DNA of 64,000 bases from positions 4,443-68,442 of the forward strand of contig DEKO01000147.1 in assembly GCA_002353885.1 (NCBI GenBank), in the 5' to 3' direction. A program made the position numbers and the translations under genes. The DNA comes from Porphyromonadaceae bacterium UBA2720. GTDB lineage: Bacteria; Bacteroidota; Bacteroidia; Bacteroidales; Muribaculaceae. Positions within the stretch are counted from its first letter, which is position 1; each line of letters opens with the position of its first letter. Under the pieces are notes generated by a model, which was not told the DNA's origin, did not search any database, and worked only from the letters and a program-made list of their open reading frames with translations. Below are positions 18,504 through 27,927 of this stretch, piece by piece.

Positions 18504-18550
18504 GATGGGGGGCTTGTGACTCGAAATAGAAAAAACAAAACATCATAACT

Positions 18551-19849
18551 ATGGATAAGAACCAGTATATTGTAGCATTTGAGATTGGGTCCAGCAAGAT
18601 TGTGGGTGCTGTGGCCGAGAAGTCGCCTGCGGGCATGGTGAGCGTGAGCCATCTGGTCGAGGAACGGCTCAGCAACTGTGTGCGCTATGGCTGCGTGCAG
18701 AATGTGGAGAATGTCAAGGCCGCCATCAACCGCATCATTAAGAACATCGAGGACCAGGTGGGCGGCGACGTCAACCAGGTCTACATCGGCGTGAGCGGCA
18801 GGTCGCTGCACAGCGAGGTGAGCGAGGTCAACCGCAGCCTGGATGCCAGCAAGGCCATTACAGCCGAGGTGATAGCTGCCATCATCCGCGATGCCAGCCG
18901 CAACCCCATTAAGAACTATGAGACCATCGCTGTGGTGCCTCGCACCTATCTGGTGGACAAGAATGTGACCGCAGACCCTGTGGGGGGCTATGGCTCGAGC
19001 ATCAAGATCAAGGCCAACCTGATAGTTGCCAAACCCACCATCAAGCAGAACCTGACACGCGTGATGAGCTTTGGCATCAATGTCAAGGACTACATTGTCA
19101 CCCCGCTGGCCGTGGGCGAGTATGTGCTCACCGACAGCGAGCGGCTGGGCTGCATGCTTGTCGATCTGGGTGCCGAGACCACGACGGTGAGCATCTACAA
19201 GGACGGCTCGCTGGCCTACCTGTCGACACTGCCGCTGGGTGGACGCAACATCACCCGCGACATCAGCAATGGTCTGAGTGTACTAGAGGACACTGCCGAG
19301 CGTGTGAAGAAGAACATCAACAACCCGCTCGAAGCCAATGTTGACAACATCGTCATTGAGGGCGTGAACAGCAGCGAGGCGGCCAACTTCATCGCTGCTC
19401 GCAACCGCGAGATCATCGCTAACATCAAGAACCAGCTCAACCTGGCCGGGATGACCACCGACGACATCCGCACCATTGTACTCATCGGTGGCGGATCGCA
19501 GTTGCAAGGTATGGCCAAGAAACTCGAGGAGACAACCAAGCTGAGCGTGCGCATGGGGCACTATCCTCAGTCGCTCAACATCCTCAATCACAGCTTCAAC
19601 CGCACTGAGTATATTGAGGCATTCTGCCTGCTGGCCAAGGCCGCAGCCGATATCCAGCCTGGCGACAGCTGCATCACCCGTCGCAACTACGACGCCGGTT
19701 TCGAGGTGGAACCCAAGCGGCCCGTCACCCCCGAGCCCGAGCGCGAACAGCCTGCAAAGGAGCCGAAGAAGCCCAAGAAAGCCGGCTTCTGGGAGCGTCT
19801 CAAGGGCAAGGCAGCCGACATGTTCTCGGAAGATGACACCGACGACTAG
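18551..19849 (+). CDS. ftsA: Cell division protein FtsA
   Basis: EIGSSKI, VDLGAETT, GGRNITRDI, LIGGGS. Confidence 0.95.
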   Translation: MDKNQYIVAFEIGSSKIVGAVAEKSPAGMVSVSHLVEERLSNCVRYGCVQNVENVKAAINRIIKNIEDQVGGDVNQVYIGVSGRSLHSEVSEVNRSLDASKAITAEVIAAIIRDASRNPIKNYETIAVVPRTYLVDKNVTADPVGGYGSSIKIKANLIVAKPTIKQNLTRVMSFGINVKDYIVTPLAVGEYVLTDSERLGCMLVDLGAETTTVSIYKDGSLAYLSTLPLGGRNITRDISNGLSVLEDTAERVKKNINNPLEANVDNIVIEGVNSSEAANFIAARNREIIANIKNQLNLAGMTTDDIRTIVLIGGGSQLQGMAKKLEETTKLSVRMGHYPQSLNILNHSFNRTEYIEAFCLLAKAAADIQPGDSCITRRNYDAGFEVEPKRPVTPEPEREQPAKEPKKPKKAGFWERLKGKAADMFSEDDTDD

Positions 19850-19904
19850 TAACTAGACTCCCTTACCTGTCCACCTGCTTATTTGAAACAAAAAACTACA
19901 CTAT

Positions 19905-21278
19905 ATGAGACCAAACATTTATGACTCTGTGGACCAGAACCCTGGTTTTGAGGAGAAGAAGAACCCGACCATTATCAAGGTGGTGGGCGTGGGCGGTGGC
20001 GGCAACAACGCCATCAACCACATGTGGGCGCAGAATGTCGAGGGCGTGTCGTTTGTCGTGATCAACACCGACCGTCAGGCACTGAACATGTCGCCAGTAC
20101 CCAACCGTGTGCTCATCGGGCCGAAAACGACCAATGGTCTCGGTGCCGGCAATGTGCCTGAGCGTGCCAAGGCTGCTGCCGAGGAGAGCGAGGCCGAGAT
20201 TGCAGCACTGTTTGACGACGAGACCAAGATGGTGTTTATCACCGCCGGCATGGGCGGCGGCACCGGTACCGGCGCGGCACCTGTGGTGGCCCGCATCGCC
20301 CACGAGAAGGGCGTGCTCACCATCGGCATCGTCACTATCCCCTTCTTGTTCGAGGGGCAGAAGAAGATTCTCAAGGCTCTAGCCGGTGCTGACGAGATGA
20401 GCAAATATGTTGACGCATTGCTCATCATCAACAATCAGCGCCTGATTGACATCTATCCCGACTTGGACTTCAACAACGCCTTTGGCAAGGCCGATGACAC
20501 ACTGTCGACTGCTGCACGCTCGATCAGCGAGCTCATCACCGCCGAGGGCCAGGTGAACGTCGACTTTATGGACGTCAACACCACGCTGCGCGATGGCGGT
20601 GTTGCCATCATCAGCAGCGGATATGGCGAGGGCGAGCACCGCGTGACCAAGGCCATCGAGGATGCTCTGGAGTCTCCGTTGCTCAAGAACCGTGACGTCT
20701 ATGGTTCGCGCAAGATTTTGATTAACGTCTACTATAATCCCGACAGCAAAAATCCGTTCAAGACTCAAGAGTTGAGCGAGGTCGAGGAGTTCATGGCCAA
20801 CTTCAGCCAAGAGGTGGACGTGATCACGGGATATGCCCACGACCGCTCGCTCGAGGACAAAATCAAGATTACAGTGCTGGCAGCAGGATTTAATGTCTCG
20901 CTCGAGAAGGAGTCGCCCGCACCGGTGGTGCGTCATCGGCGCACCGAGTCGGTGGCCGCCGAGGTGCCCGCCGCACCGGCCGATGCCGACAAGCGACTGC
21001 AGGAGGAGTATGGCGCAGCGGCTATTGCCGAGATGCAGACGCGCAAAGACGAGGCGCAGTTCATCCTGCTCACGCCTGAGGACATCGACAACGACGAGCT
21101 GGTCGACTTGCTGGAGCGCACACCGGCCTACAAGCGCAAGCCCGACGACAAGACCGCCATTCGCGAGAAGCGTCAGGCGGCTGCCACACAGGCGGCCAAG
21201 GCAGCTGAGCAGGCCACCAAGCCCGCCGCACCCAAGAAGCCTGGCACGAGTGCCACCATCAACTTTGGCAGCGATTGA
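19905..21278 (+). CDS. ftsZ: Cell division protein FtsZ
   Basis: GVGGGGNNA, GGGTGTG tubulin motif, NVDFMDV. Confidence 0.98.
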   Translation: MRPNIYDSVDQNPGFEEKKNPTIIKVVGVGGGGNNAINHMWAQNVEGVSFVVINTDRQALNMSPVPNRVLIGPKTTNGLGAGNVPERAKAAAEESEAEIAALFDDETKMVFITAGMGGGTGTGAAPVVARIAHEKGVLTIGIVTIPFLFEGQKKILKALAGADEMSKYVDALLIINNQRLIDIYPDLDFNNAFGKADDTLSTAARSISELITAEGQVNVDFMDVNTTLRDGGVAIISSGYGEGEHRVTKAIEDALESPLLKNRDVYGSRKILINVYYNPDSKNPFKTQELSEVEEFMANFSQEVDVITGYAHDRSLEDKIKITVLAAGFNVSLEKESPAPVVRHRRTESVAAEVPAAPADADKRLQEEYGAAAIAEMQTRKDEAQFILLTPEDIDNDELVDLLERTPAYKRKPDDKTAIREKRQAAATQAAKAAEQATKPAAPKKPGTSATINFGSD

Positions 21279-21280
21279 GG

Positions 21281-21329
21281 CTAGACAAAAATGTGCCGCG
21301 CCAACGATGGCGCGGCACATTTTTTCTAG
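21281..21329. terminator. Bidirectional intrinsic terminator between ftsZ and adk
   Basis: aaaaatgtgccgcgcca-acga-tggcgcggcacatttttt. Confidence 0.85.
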
Positions 21330-21363
21330 GCTTAAAGCTTATTGCTTAAGGCTAATAGCCTAA
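21329..21363. repeat. Heptamer repeat (GGCTTAA-like)x5
   Basis: ggcttaa agcttat tgcttaa ggctaat agcctaa. Confidence 0.8.
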
Positions 21364-21367
21364 AAAA

Positions 21368-21946
21368 TCACTTGACCGAGTCGATAGCTTGCTTGATGTC
21401 TGCAAAGATGTCCTCAATCTTGCCAGTGCCCTTGATGGCGTGATAAAGGCCCTTCTGCTGATAGAAGGCCTGCAGTGGCGAGGTCTGATTGTGATAGACT
21501 GCGAGTCGGTTTTTCACCGTCTCGGGGTTGTCGTCGCTGCGTCCGGTCATCTTGCCGCGCAGTAGGATGCGCTCGACGAGTTCTTGCTCGGGCACTTCCA
21601 GCCCCACCACAGCACTGATGCTGGTGCCGCGCTCTTGCAGCATGGCCTCAAGAGCCTCGGCCTGTGGGATGGTGCGTGGAAATCCGTCGAAGATAACTCC
21701 CTCGCTTGCTGCCTCCTTGTTTGCGTCAAGCACATCGGCCAGGATGCTGATCATGAGCTCGTCGGGAATGAGTTGCCCCTTGTCCATATAGGCCTTTGCA
21801 GTGGCTCCGAGCTCGGTTCCACGCTTGATGTTGTCGCGCAGCACATCGCCTGTGCTGATGTGAAACAAGTTGTACTCCTTGATGATGTTGTCACTCTGTG
21901 TGCCCTTGCCTGAGCCCGGGGCACCAAAAATCACGATATTAAGCAT
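21368..21946 (-). CDS. adk: Adenylate kinase (short LID type)
   Basis: GAPGSGKGTQ, HISTGD, FDGFPRT, RSDDN; start at MLNIVIFG. Confidence 0.96.
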   Translation of the reverse strand: MLNIVIFGAPGSGKGTQSDNIIKEYNLFHISTGDVLRDNIKRGTELGATAKAYMDKGQLIPDELMISILADVLDANKEAASEGVIFDGFPRTIPQAEALEAMLQERGTSISAVVGLEVPEQELVERILLRGKMTGRSDDNPETVKNRLAVYHNQTSPLQAFYQQKGLYHAIKGTGKIEDIFADIKQAIDSVK

Positions 21947-21950
21947 TTTA

Positions 21951-22067
21951 TTTAAGTTTTTAAGTTTCGAGTTTTGTGTTTCGAGTTTCGCGTTGCGAGC
22001 ATTCGAGCATTCGATTATTCGAGCATTCGATATATTAACGACCAACGTCTAACATCTAACGTCTAAC
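21951..22067 (-). repeat. Three abutting periodic tracts (7-mer, 8-mer, 7-mer) filling the hpt/adk junction
   Basis: ttcgagt-type, attcgagc-type and aacgtct-type units. Confidence 0.9.
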
Positions 22068-22602
22068 TTTTGACGACATAGATGTCGCTCAAGTTGCGTG
22101 CCAGGCCGTCGAGGTCGAGTCCATAACCGATGATGAACTTTGATGGAATCTCAAAGCCGACATACTCGGGTGGTGTGCCCAGTTTGAGCGATCCAGGTTT
22201 GTAGAGGAGTGTTGCCATCTTGACGCTGTTGGGCTTGCGCTCAAGCAGCATCTGTCTCAGCTGGTAGGCTGTGACTCCCGTGTCGACGATGTCCTCGATG
22301 ATGACAATGTCTCGTCCCTCGATGTCTTCGTTGAGTCCCATAATCTCGCGCACACGTCCTGTCGAGCTGGTTCCTTCATAGCTCTTGAAGCGAATGAAGG
22401 TAATTTCGGCTTCGGGCAGCTGGCAGGCACGGAACAGGTCGGCCGCAAAGACAAATGCTCCGTTTAGTACGCACAAGAACAGAGGGTTGCCGTTGGGGTA
22501 GTCGTGCTTGATTTCTTGTGCCACGCGCTGCACTTGTTGTGCAATCTGTTCACGTGTCAGATAGGGCTCAAAAGTGAGCCCATTGTAGGTCACTGTATCC
22601 AT
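22063..22602 (-). CDS. hpt: Hypoxanthine phosphoribosyltransferase
   Basis: VLNGAFVF, IEDIVDTG PRPP motif, GYGLD; start MDTVTY downstream of promoter 22621-22628. Confidence 0.95.
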   Translation of the reverse strand: MDTVTYNGLTFEPYLTREQIAQQVQRVAQEIKHDYPNGNPLFLCVLNGAFVFAADLFRACQLPEAEITFIRFKSYEGTSSTGRVREIMGLNEDIEGRDIVIIEDIVDTGVTAYQLRQMLLERKPNSVKMATLLYKPGSLKLGTPPEYVGFEIPSKFIIGYGLDLDGLARNLSDIYVVKS

Positions 22603-22620
22603 AGATGTCGAATTTTTCGG

Positions 22621-22628
22621 CAAAATTA
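22621..22628 (-). promoter_or_regulatory. -7 box TAATTTTG for hpt-adk
   Basis: Consensus match 18 nt upstream of the ATG. Confidence 0.7.
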
Positions 22629-22905
22629 GTGCAAGTTGCGCGCAATACAAAATGAAAAACGTAGTTTTACATTTTTTTTGCCGAAACACCGCCCAAAATA
22701 CGATTCAGCGAGGCCATGCGAGCTTGCTCGCTGATGGCCGGGCGTGAGCATTTTATCCAACCATTAGTGCAAGTAGAGTGAAGTACACAATGAAAAACGC
22801 AGCTTTTTTGGGAACTCTCTTTAATCATCCCCCAAAGAGGGGAAAGAACAAAATATTTTTCGATAGTTTTTTTGTTTTTTTTCTCGATTGACGCAAAAAA
22901 AACAC

Positions 22906-22913
22906 TAACTTTG
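22906..22913 (+). promoter_or_regulatory. -7 box TAACTTTG for nnr
   Basis: Consensus match in the AT-rich divergent region. Confidence 0.65.
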
Positions 22914-22996
22914 TAGACTTGAACCGGCGGCACCCGATTCTGTGGTGCCATTGAAGCGGCTAAACGACTAAATTTCAACTGACTCGCTCTGTATAT

Positions 22997-24514
22997 ATGA
23001 AGATATTTACCACCGACGGCATCCGCCGTATCGAAGAGAAAACAATAGAGAAAGAGAACATGTCTCGGCTCGACCTGATGGAGCGTGCTGCCGAGGCGGT
23101 GACCTATGAGATTGTGGCTCGCTGGCGTCCCAACAAGCACATCATCATCTTTTCCGGTCCTGGCGACAATGGCGGTGACGGGCTGTGTGTGGCGCGCTTG
23201 CTGCACGCCCAGGGCTATCATCCCGAGGTGTATCTGTTCAACATCCGCTCGTCGCAGTTGTCGAAGTGCTGTTCGACTAATCGTGACCGTCTGCTTGAGC
23301 TGGACGACTTGGATTTCATCGAGGTGACCGACACGTTCACTCCGCCCGAGTTGACCGATGACGACGTGGTGATAGACGCTCTGTTCGGGTCGGGGCTGCG
23401 CGACCCGTTGCGCAGCGGCTATGCCCAGATGGTGCAGTATATCAACGACAGTGACGCCTACGTTGTGTCGATCGACATGCCTTCGGGCCTGTTCGGTGAG
23501 TGGAACATGGGCACAGACCCCCGCAACATCATCTGTGCCGACCTGACGCTGACTTTCAACTTCCGCCGTCTGTCGTTCTTCTTCCAGGAGAATGCCCGCT
23601 ATATCGGCGATTTGAAGATTCTGGATTTGGAGATGAGCACCGAGGCCATCGCAGCCACTCCCACCGACTTCTACCTCATCGAGCACGAGGACGCTCATGG
23701 CATGATTATCGAGCGTGATCCGTTCAGCAACAAATATGACTATGGCACCATTCTGCTCATTGCTGGCAGCTATGGGATGATGGGTGCCGCCATCCTGGCG
23801 TCTCGCGCTGCCATGCGCACGGGTGCCGGCCTGGTGACGGTGCATGCTCCGCGTTGCGGTTTTGTGCCGTTGCAGACAGCTGTTCCTGAGGTAATCTTTG
23901 AGCCAGATGTCCATGAGATTGTGACCACAGCCATCGACCTTCACCATCAGTACAGCGTGGTTGCACTGGGTCCTGGCTTGGGCACCAGCGACGAGACGGT
24001 CGAGGCTGTCGACGCCTTCCTCAAGAGTTTCCGTCGTCCCTGTCTGCTCGATGCTGATGCGCTCAACTGCATAGCCCGTCGGCCGATGTTGCTTCGCAGC
24101 ATTCCTAAGGGTTCGGTGCTCACGCCGCACGCCAATGAGTTTGACCGTCTGTTCGGTGAACACCACACCGACGAGGAGCGTCTGCGCAAGGCCATCGAGG
24201 TGTCTCGTCTCTACGAAATCACCATTGTGCTGAAGGGCCACCACACCATGACGGTTCGTCCCGACGGCAAGGTGTATATCAACAGCAGTGGCAATGCCGG
24301 CATGGCCACTGCCGGCAGTGGTGATGTGCTCACGGGCGTGATTGCTGCACTCATTGCTCAGGGCTACACGCCCGACCTGGCTGTGGCTCTGGGTATCTAT
24401 CTGCATGGCCTGTCGGGCGACTTGGCCGCTCAGGAGCATGACTGCTATGGCTTGATTGCCAGCGACATTGCCGACAATATGGGTCGCGCCATCCACAATG
24501 TGGTGCGCCGTTAG
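22997..24514 (+). CDS. nnr: Bifunctional NAD(P)H-hydrate epimerase/dehydratase (YjeF)
   Basis: GPGDNGGDG, DALFGSG, DMPSG, GPGLG, DADAL, TPHANEF, AGSGDVL. Confidence 0.93.
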   Translation: MKIFTTDGIRRIEEKTIEKENMSRLDLMERAAEAVTYEIVARWRPNKHIIIFSGPGDNGGDGLCVARLLHAQGYHPEVYLFNIRSSQLSKCCSTNRDRLLELDDLDFIEVTDTFTPPELTDDDVVIDALFGSGLRDPLRSGYAQMVQYINDSDAYVVSIDMPSGLFGEWNMGTDPRNIICADLTLTFNFRRLSFFFQENARYIGDLKILDLEMSTEAIAATPTDFYLIEHEDAHGMIIERDPFSNKYDYGTILLIAGSYGMMGAAILASRAAMRTGAGLVTVHAPRCGFVPLQTAVPEVIFEPDVHEIVTTAIDLHHQYSVVALGPGLGTSDETVEAVDAFLKSFRRPCLLDADALNCIARRPMLLRSIPKGSVLTPHANEFDRLFGEHHTDEERLRKAIEVSRLYEITIVLKGHHTMTVRPDGKVYINSSGNAGMATAGSGDVLTGVIAALIAQGYTPDLAVALGIYLHGLSGDLAAQEHDCYGLIASDIADNMGRAIHNVVRR

Positions 24515-24541
24515 GGTGGTGTCGCGTGAGATGTGTGCTTT

Positions 24542-24805
24542 CTATCCCAGCATTAAGAAGGCAATGGCCAGCTGTGCCAGCAAGATGGCGGGAATGCCCA
24601 CGATGAATCGTGTGTGTCTGGTTTTGTGCCTGCAAATGAACATGGCTAGCAACGCTCCCAACGATCCGCCGATGATGGCAAGCATGACCAGTGTGGCTTC
24701 GCTGACGCGCCATTTCCCCTTTCTGGCTCGTTGCTTGTCAAGTGCATAGACGCAAAACGTAACAACATTGATAAGAATAAGATATGTCAGAGCAAGTTTA
24801 AGCAT
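24542..24805 (-). CDS. DUF1294 family membrane protein
   Basis: YALDKQRARKGKWRVSE, GGSLGA, RHKTRH; promoter TATCTTTG at 24832-24839. Confidence 0.88.
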   Translation of the reverse strand: MLKLALTYLILINVVTFCVYALDKQRARKGKWRVSEATLVMLAIIGGSLGALLAMFICRHKTRHTRFIVGIPAILLAQLAIAFLMLG

Positions 24806-24933
24806 AGTCGTTGTTTCTCTAAATTTCGCTACAAAGATATTACAAATATTGCAGACTTCCTAGTTTTCTCAATATTTTTTTAAAAAATTTTGACAACATA
24901 TCGGAAATTGATAGTCAATAAATACAAATTGTC

Positions 24934-26382
24934 ATGACTTATATCCCTTCGTCGCAAGTCGTTTATGACTTGTTCAAACAACTCAACCACACGCCTCGTC
25001 CGTCGCATCACGAGGAGCGTGCAGCCGACTTCTTGTGCAACTTTGCCCAACAGCATGGATTGGACTACAGCCGTGACGACCACAATTGTGTGGTCATCCG
25101 CAAGGCTGCCACACCTGGGCATGAAGGTGCCACGCCCATTGTCATCCTCAACCACATGGACATGGTGTGTGTTGCCGAGCCCGGCAAGGAGTATGACCCG
25201 TTGACCGACCCCATCGAGTCCTATACGGAGGACGGCTGGATGCATGCGCGTGGCACCTCGCTCGGCGCGGACAACGGCATCGGTCTGTCGATGGCGCTTG
25301 CTATCCTGGCCGACGACAAGATTGTGCACGGACCGCTGGAGGTCATCACCACCACCAACGAGGAGGATGGCATGACCGGTGCAAGCAACCTGTCGGCCGA
25401 CTTCATCCGCGGGCGCAAGGTCATCAATCTGGACAGTGAGGACTATGACACCATCACCACCGGTGCCGCTGGGGCGTATCTGCAGATCCACCATCTGCCA
25501 CTGCGTCGTGTCAATGCCCCGCGCGACCATTGCTGGTATCGCATCGGCATCGATGGCGGTCGTGGTGGGCACTCGGGTGTCGACATCAACAAGGGTCGTG
25601 CCAGTGCCGTGACGTTGCTGTGGGCTCTGCTCAATGCCATTGCCGACGAGGCCATCGTCAATGTTGCCAGTTTCAGTGCGGGCGATGCCAGCGCCTCGAT
25701 AGCCAGTCGTGGCGAGGCCATCATCTGTGTGCCCTCTGAGGATGCCGTCGAGCAAGTCGAGGAGCGCGAGGACCACTTCAATGAGTGGCTGCACGACGAG
25801 TATGGCTTGACCGATCCCGACATCCATTGCACCATTGAGCCATGCACACCACAGGCACAGGTCATCGATCCCGACTGTGTGGTGGCGCTGATGGAGGCAT
25901 TGGGACAGACACCGCAAGGAGTCATCGCCATGAGCCAGGCGATGGAAGGAACGGTGCACACATCGAACAATGTGGGCCTGATTCGCACCGAGCGCGACGA
26001 GATGACAGTGAGCACGCACACGCGCAGCTTTGATGTGGCCGAGATGGAGCAGACTGGTCTGGCTATCAAGGAAGTGTTTGCGCAGTGGGGCGCCACGACC
26101 GAGCTTGTGATGTCGGCCCCGGCATGGCAGGAGAACCCTGACAGCGACTTTCTGAACCTGACGAGCGATGTGTTCCAGGACGTGCTGGGTTGGCGTCCCC
26201 GCAAGGTGGCGATGCACTTTGTGCTCGAGGCAGGCTTTTTTGTCCAGAAGTATCCCGGTATCGAAATGGCGTCGATTGGGCCTCGCATTGTTGAGCCGCA
26301 CAGCACCCGCGAACGTGTGGAGCTGCACACCATCGACGACATCTGGCGTGTGACGGTCGAACTCCTTGCTCGCCTGGCATGA
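24934..26382 (+). CDS. pepD: Aminoacyl-histidine dipeptidase (M20C)
   Basis: HMDMV, LGADNGIG, EEDGM, NLDSE, GGHSG, PHS. Confidence 0.9.
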   Translation: MTYIPSSQVVYDLFKQLNHTPRPSHHEERAADFLCNFAQQHGLDYSRDDHNCVVIRKAATPGHEGATPIVILNHMDMVCVAEPGKEYDPLTDPIESYTEDGWMHARGTSLGADNGIGLSMALAILADDKIVHGPLEVITTTNEEDGMTGASNLSADFIRGRKVINLDSEDYDTITTGAAGAYLQIHHLPLRRVNAPRDHCWYRIGIDGGRGGHSGVDINKGRASAVTLLWALLNAIADEAIVNVASFSAGDASASIASRGEAIICVPSEDAVEQVEEREDHFNEWLHDEYGLTDPDIHCTIEPCTPQAQVIDPDCVVALMEALGQTPQGVIAMSQAMEGTVHTSNNVGLIRTERDEMTVSTHTRSFDVAEMEQTGLAIKEVFAQWGATTELVMSAPAWQENPDSDFLNLTSDVFQDVLGWRPRKVAMHFVLEAGFFVQKYPGIEMASIGPRIVEPHSTRERVELHTIDDIWRVTVELLARLA

Positions 26383-26885
26383 TGCGGCAAGCGACAGAAA
26401 ACGACTATAACCAGGTGTGGCGCATCTTGCGCCAGGCCGCGTCGTGGATGATGGCCAATGGTCGTGACCAGTGGGACGACAAGTATCCCACTGCCGAGGC
26501 CGTGCATGGCGACATCGCCCGTGGCGAGGGCTGGGTCGTCGAGCGCGATGGGCGTGTAGTGGCCTACTGCGCCATCGCGCTGGGCGGCGAGCCGTCCTAT
26601 GACCAGCTGGACGGGCAGTGGCTCACGCCAGGCCCCTACACAGTGGTGCACCGTGCGGCCATCGACCTGGACTATCGTGGCCATGGCATCGGTCACCAGT
26701 TTTTTGCTCAAGCCGAGCAGCTGAGCCGCGACCGCGGCTGGGCCAGCGTGCGTGTCGACACCAACCACGACAATCGTGAGATGCTGGCGCTCATTGCCAA
26801 CCGTGGCTACAAGTTGACAGGAAAATGCTACTACTTCCATGGCGGTCGCCACGTCGAGCGGCTCGCCTTTGAACTGCCATTATGA
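26379..26885 (+). CDS. GNAT family N-acetyltransferase
   Basis: QWDDKYP, YRGHGIG acetyl-CoA motif, RVDTNHDN. Confidence 0.88.
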   Translation: MMRQATENDYNQVWRILRQAASWMMANGRDQWDDKYPTAEAVHGDIARGEGWVVERDGRVVAYCAIALGGEPSYDQLDGQWLTPGPYTVVHRAAIDLDYRGHGIGHQFFAQAEQLSRDRGWASVRVDTNHDNREMLALIANRGYKLTGKCYYFHGGRHVERLAFELPL

Positions 26886-27691
26886 ACCTCATCGAAGTCA
26901 CCTCTCTCACCCAGCCTGGCGTTGAGGTCTATGGTGCGCTCACCGAGGCCCAGTTGCGCAACCGCCTCGACCCTGAGCGTGGCATCTTCATTGCCGAGAG
27001 TCCAAAAGTGATCGGTGTGGCACTGGATGCTGGCTACCAGCCTCTGTCGCTGTTGTGCGAGCGTCGTCACATCACTGGTGATGCCGCGCCGATTATTGCC
27101 CGTTGTGGCGACATCCCCATCTTCACTGGCGAGCGTGACCTGCTGGCGCAGCTCACTGGCTACACGCTGACGCGTGGTGTGTTGTGCGCCATGCGTCGCC
27201 CGTTGCCTCGTCCTGTCGATGAGGTGTGTCGTGGTGCGCGTCGCGTGGTTGTCATCGACAGTGTGGTCGACACCACTAACATCGGAGCCATCTTTCGCTC
27301 GGCAGCTGCGCTGGGCATCGACGCCGTGCTGCTTACACCCACGTCGTGCGACCCCTTGAACCGTCGTGCCGTGCGAGTGTCGATGGGCAGTGTGTTTCTG
27401 GTGCCGTGGACATGGCTCGAAGGTCCCATTACTAGCCTGAATGACCTGGGTTTCAAGACCGTGGCGATGGCCTTGACCGACCGTTCGGTTCCCATCGACG
27501 ACCCCATGTTGTGTGGCGAGCCGCGTCTGGCCATAGTTATGGGCACCGAGGGTGATGGTCTGGCACACGACACCATCCTCCAGGCCGACTATGTTGCTCG
27601 CATCCCCATGCACCACAGCGTGGACTCGCTCAACGTAGCCGCCGCTGCCGCCGTTGCCTTCTGGCAACTCCGTTCTCCTCAGATAGACTGA
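26882..27691 (+). CDS. TrmH/SpoU family RNA methyltransferase
   Basis: NIGAIFRSA, GTEGDGL, IPM...DSLNV. Confidence 0.92.
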   Translation: MNLIEVTSLTQPGVEVYGALTEAQLRNRLDPERGIFIAESPKVIGVALDAGYQPLSLLCERRHITGDAAPIIARCGDIPIFTGERDLLAQLTGYTLTRGVLCAMRRPLPRPVDEVCRGARRVVVIDSVVDTTNIGAIFRSAAALGIDAVLLTPTSCDPLNRRAVRVSMGSVFLVPWTWLEGPITSLNDLGFKTVAMALTDRSVPIDDPMLCGEPRLAIVMGTEGDGLAHDTILQADYVARIPMHHSVDSLNVAAAAAVAFWQLRSPQID

Positions 27692-27700
27692 TACTAAAAA

Positions 27701-27812
27701 CACAGAATCCACTGAATGCACAGAAGTGCTCACGCAATTTCCCTTGGCTGCTGCGGACGTGCCAAGGCACATCCCTACTGGCATGACTAGCGTCTAACGT
27801 CTAGCGTCTAGC
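27701..27812. repeat. Composite of 9-mer repeat, GTAG-type REP and 7-mer repeat
   Basis: cacagaatc cactgaatg cacagaa; minus-strand GTAGGGATGTGCC-TT-GGCACGTCC (27753-27778); agcgtct aacgtct agcgtct. Confidence 0.75.
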
Positions 27813-27927
27813 TCTTGACAACATTTTTTGCTTCAGGGGTGTAATAAATCGCCACATGGCTGCGTCAAATAGGCAAAAAACCTAACGACATAGGGATTAT
27901 CAATTCACCATTCTCAATTAAATAAAA

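Noticed and set aside
21947-22045. N-terminal extensions of ORF-track calls (adk, hpt, ftsQ, prolyl oligopeptidase, nhaC, symporter, repressor)
   Set aside because: They run through repeat tracts or promoter boxes; downstream starts fit family N-termini better.
21951-22067. Periodic tracts as a CRISPR array
   Set aside because: Units are 7-9 nt and tandem, with no unique spacers and no cas genes.
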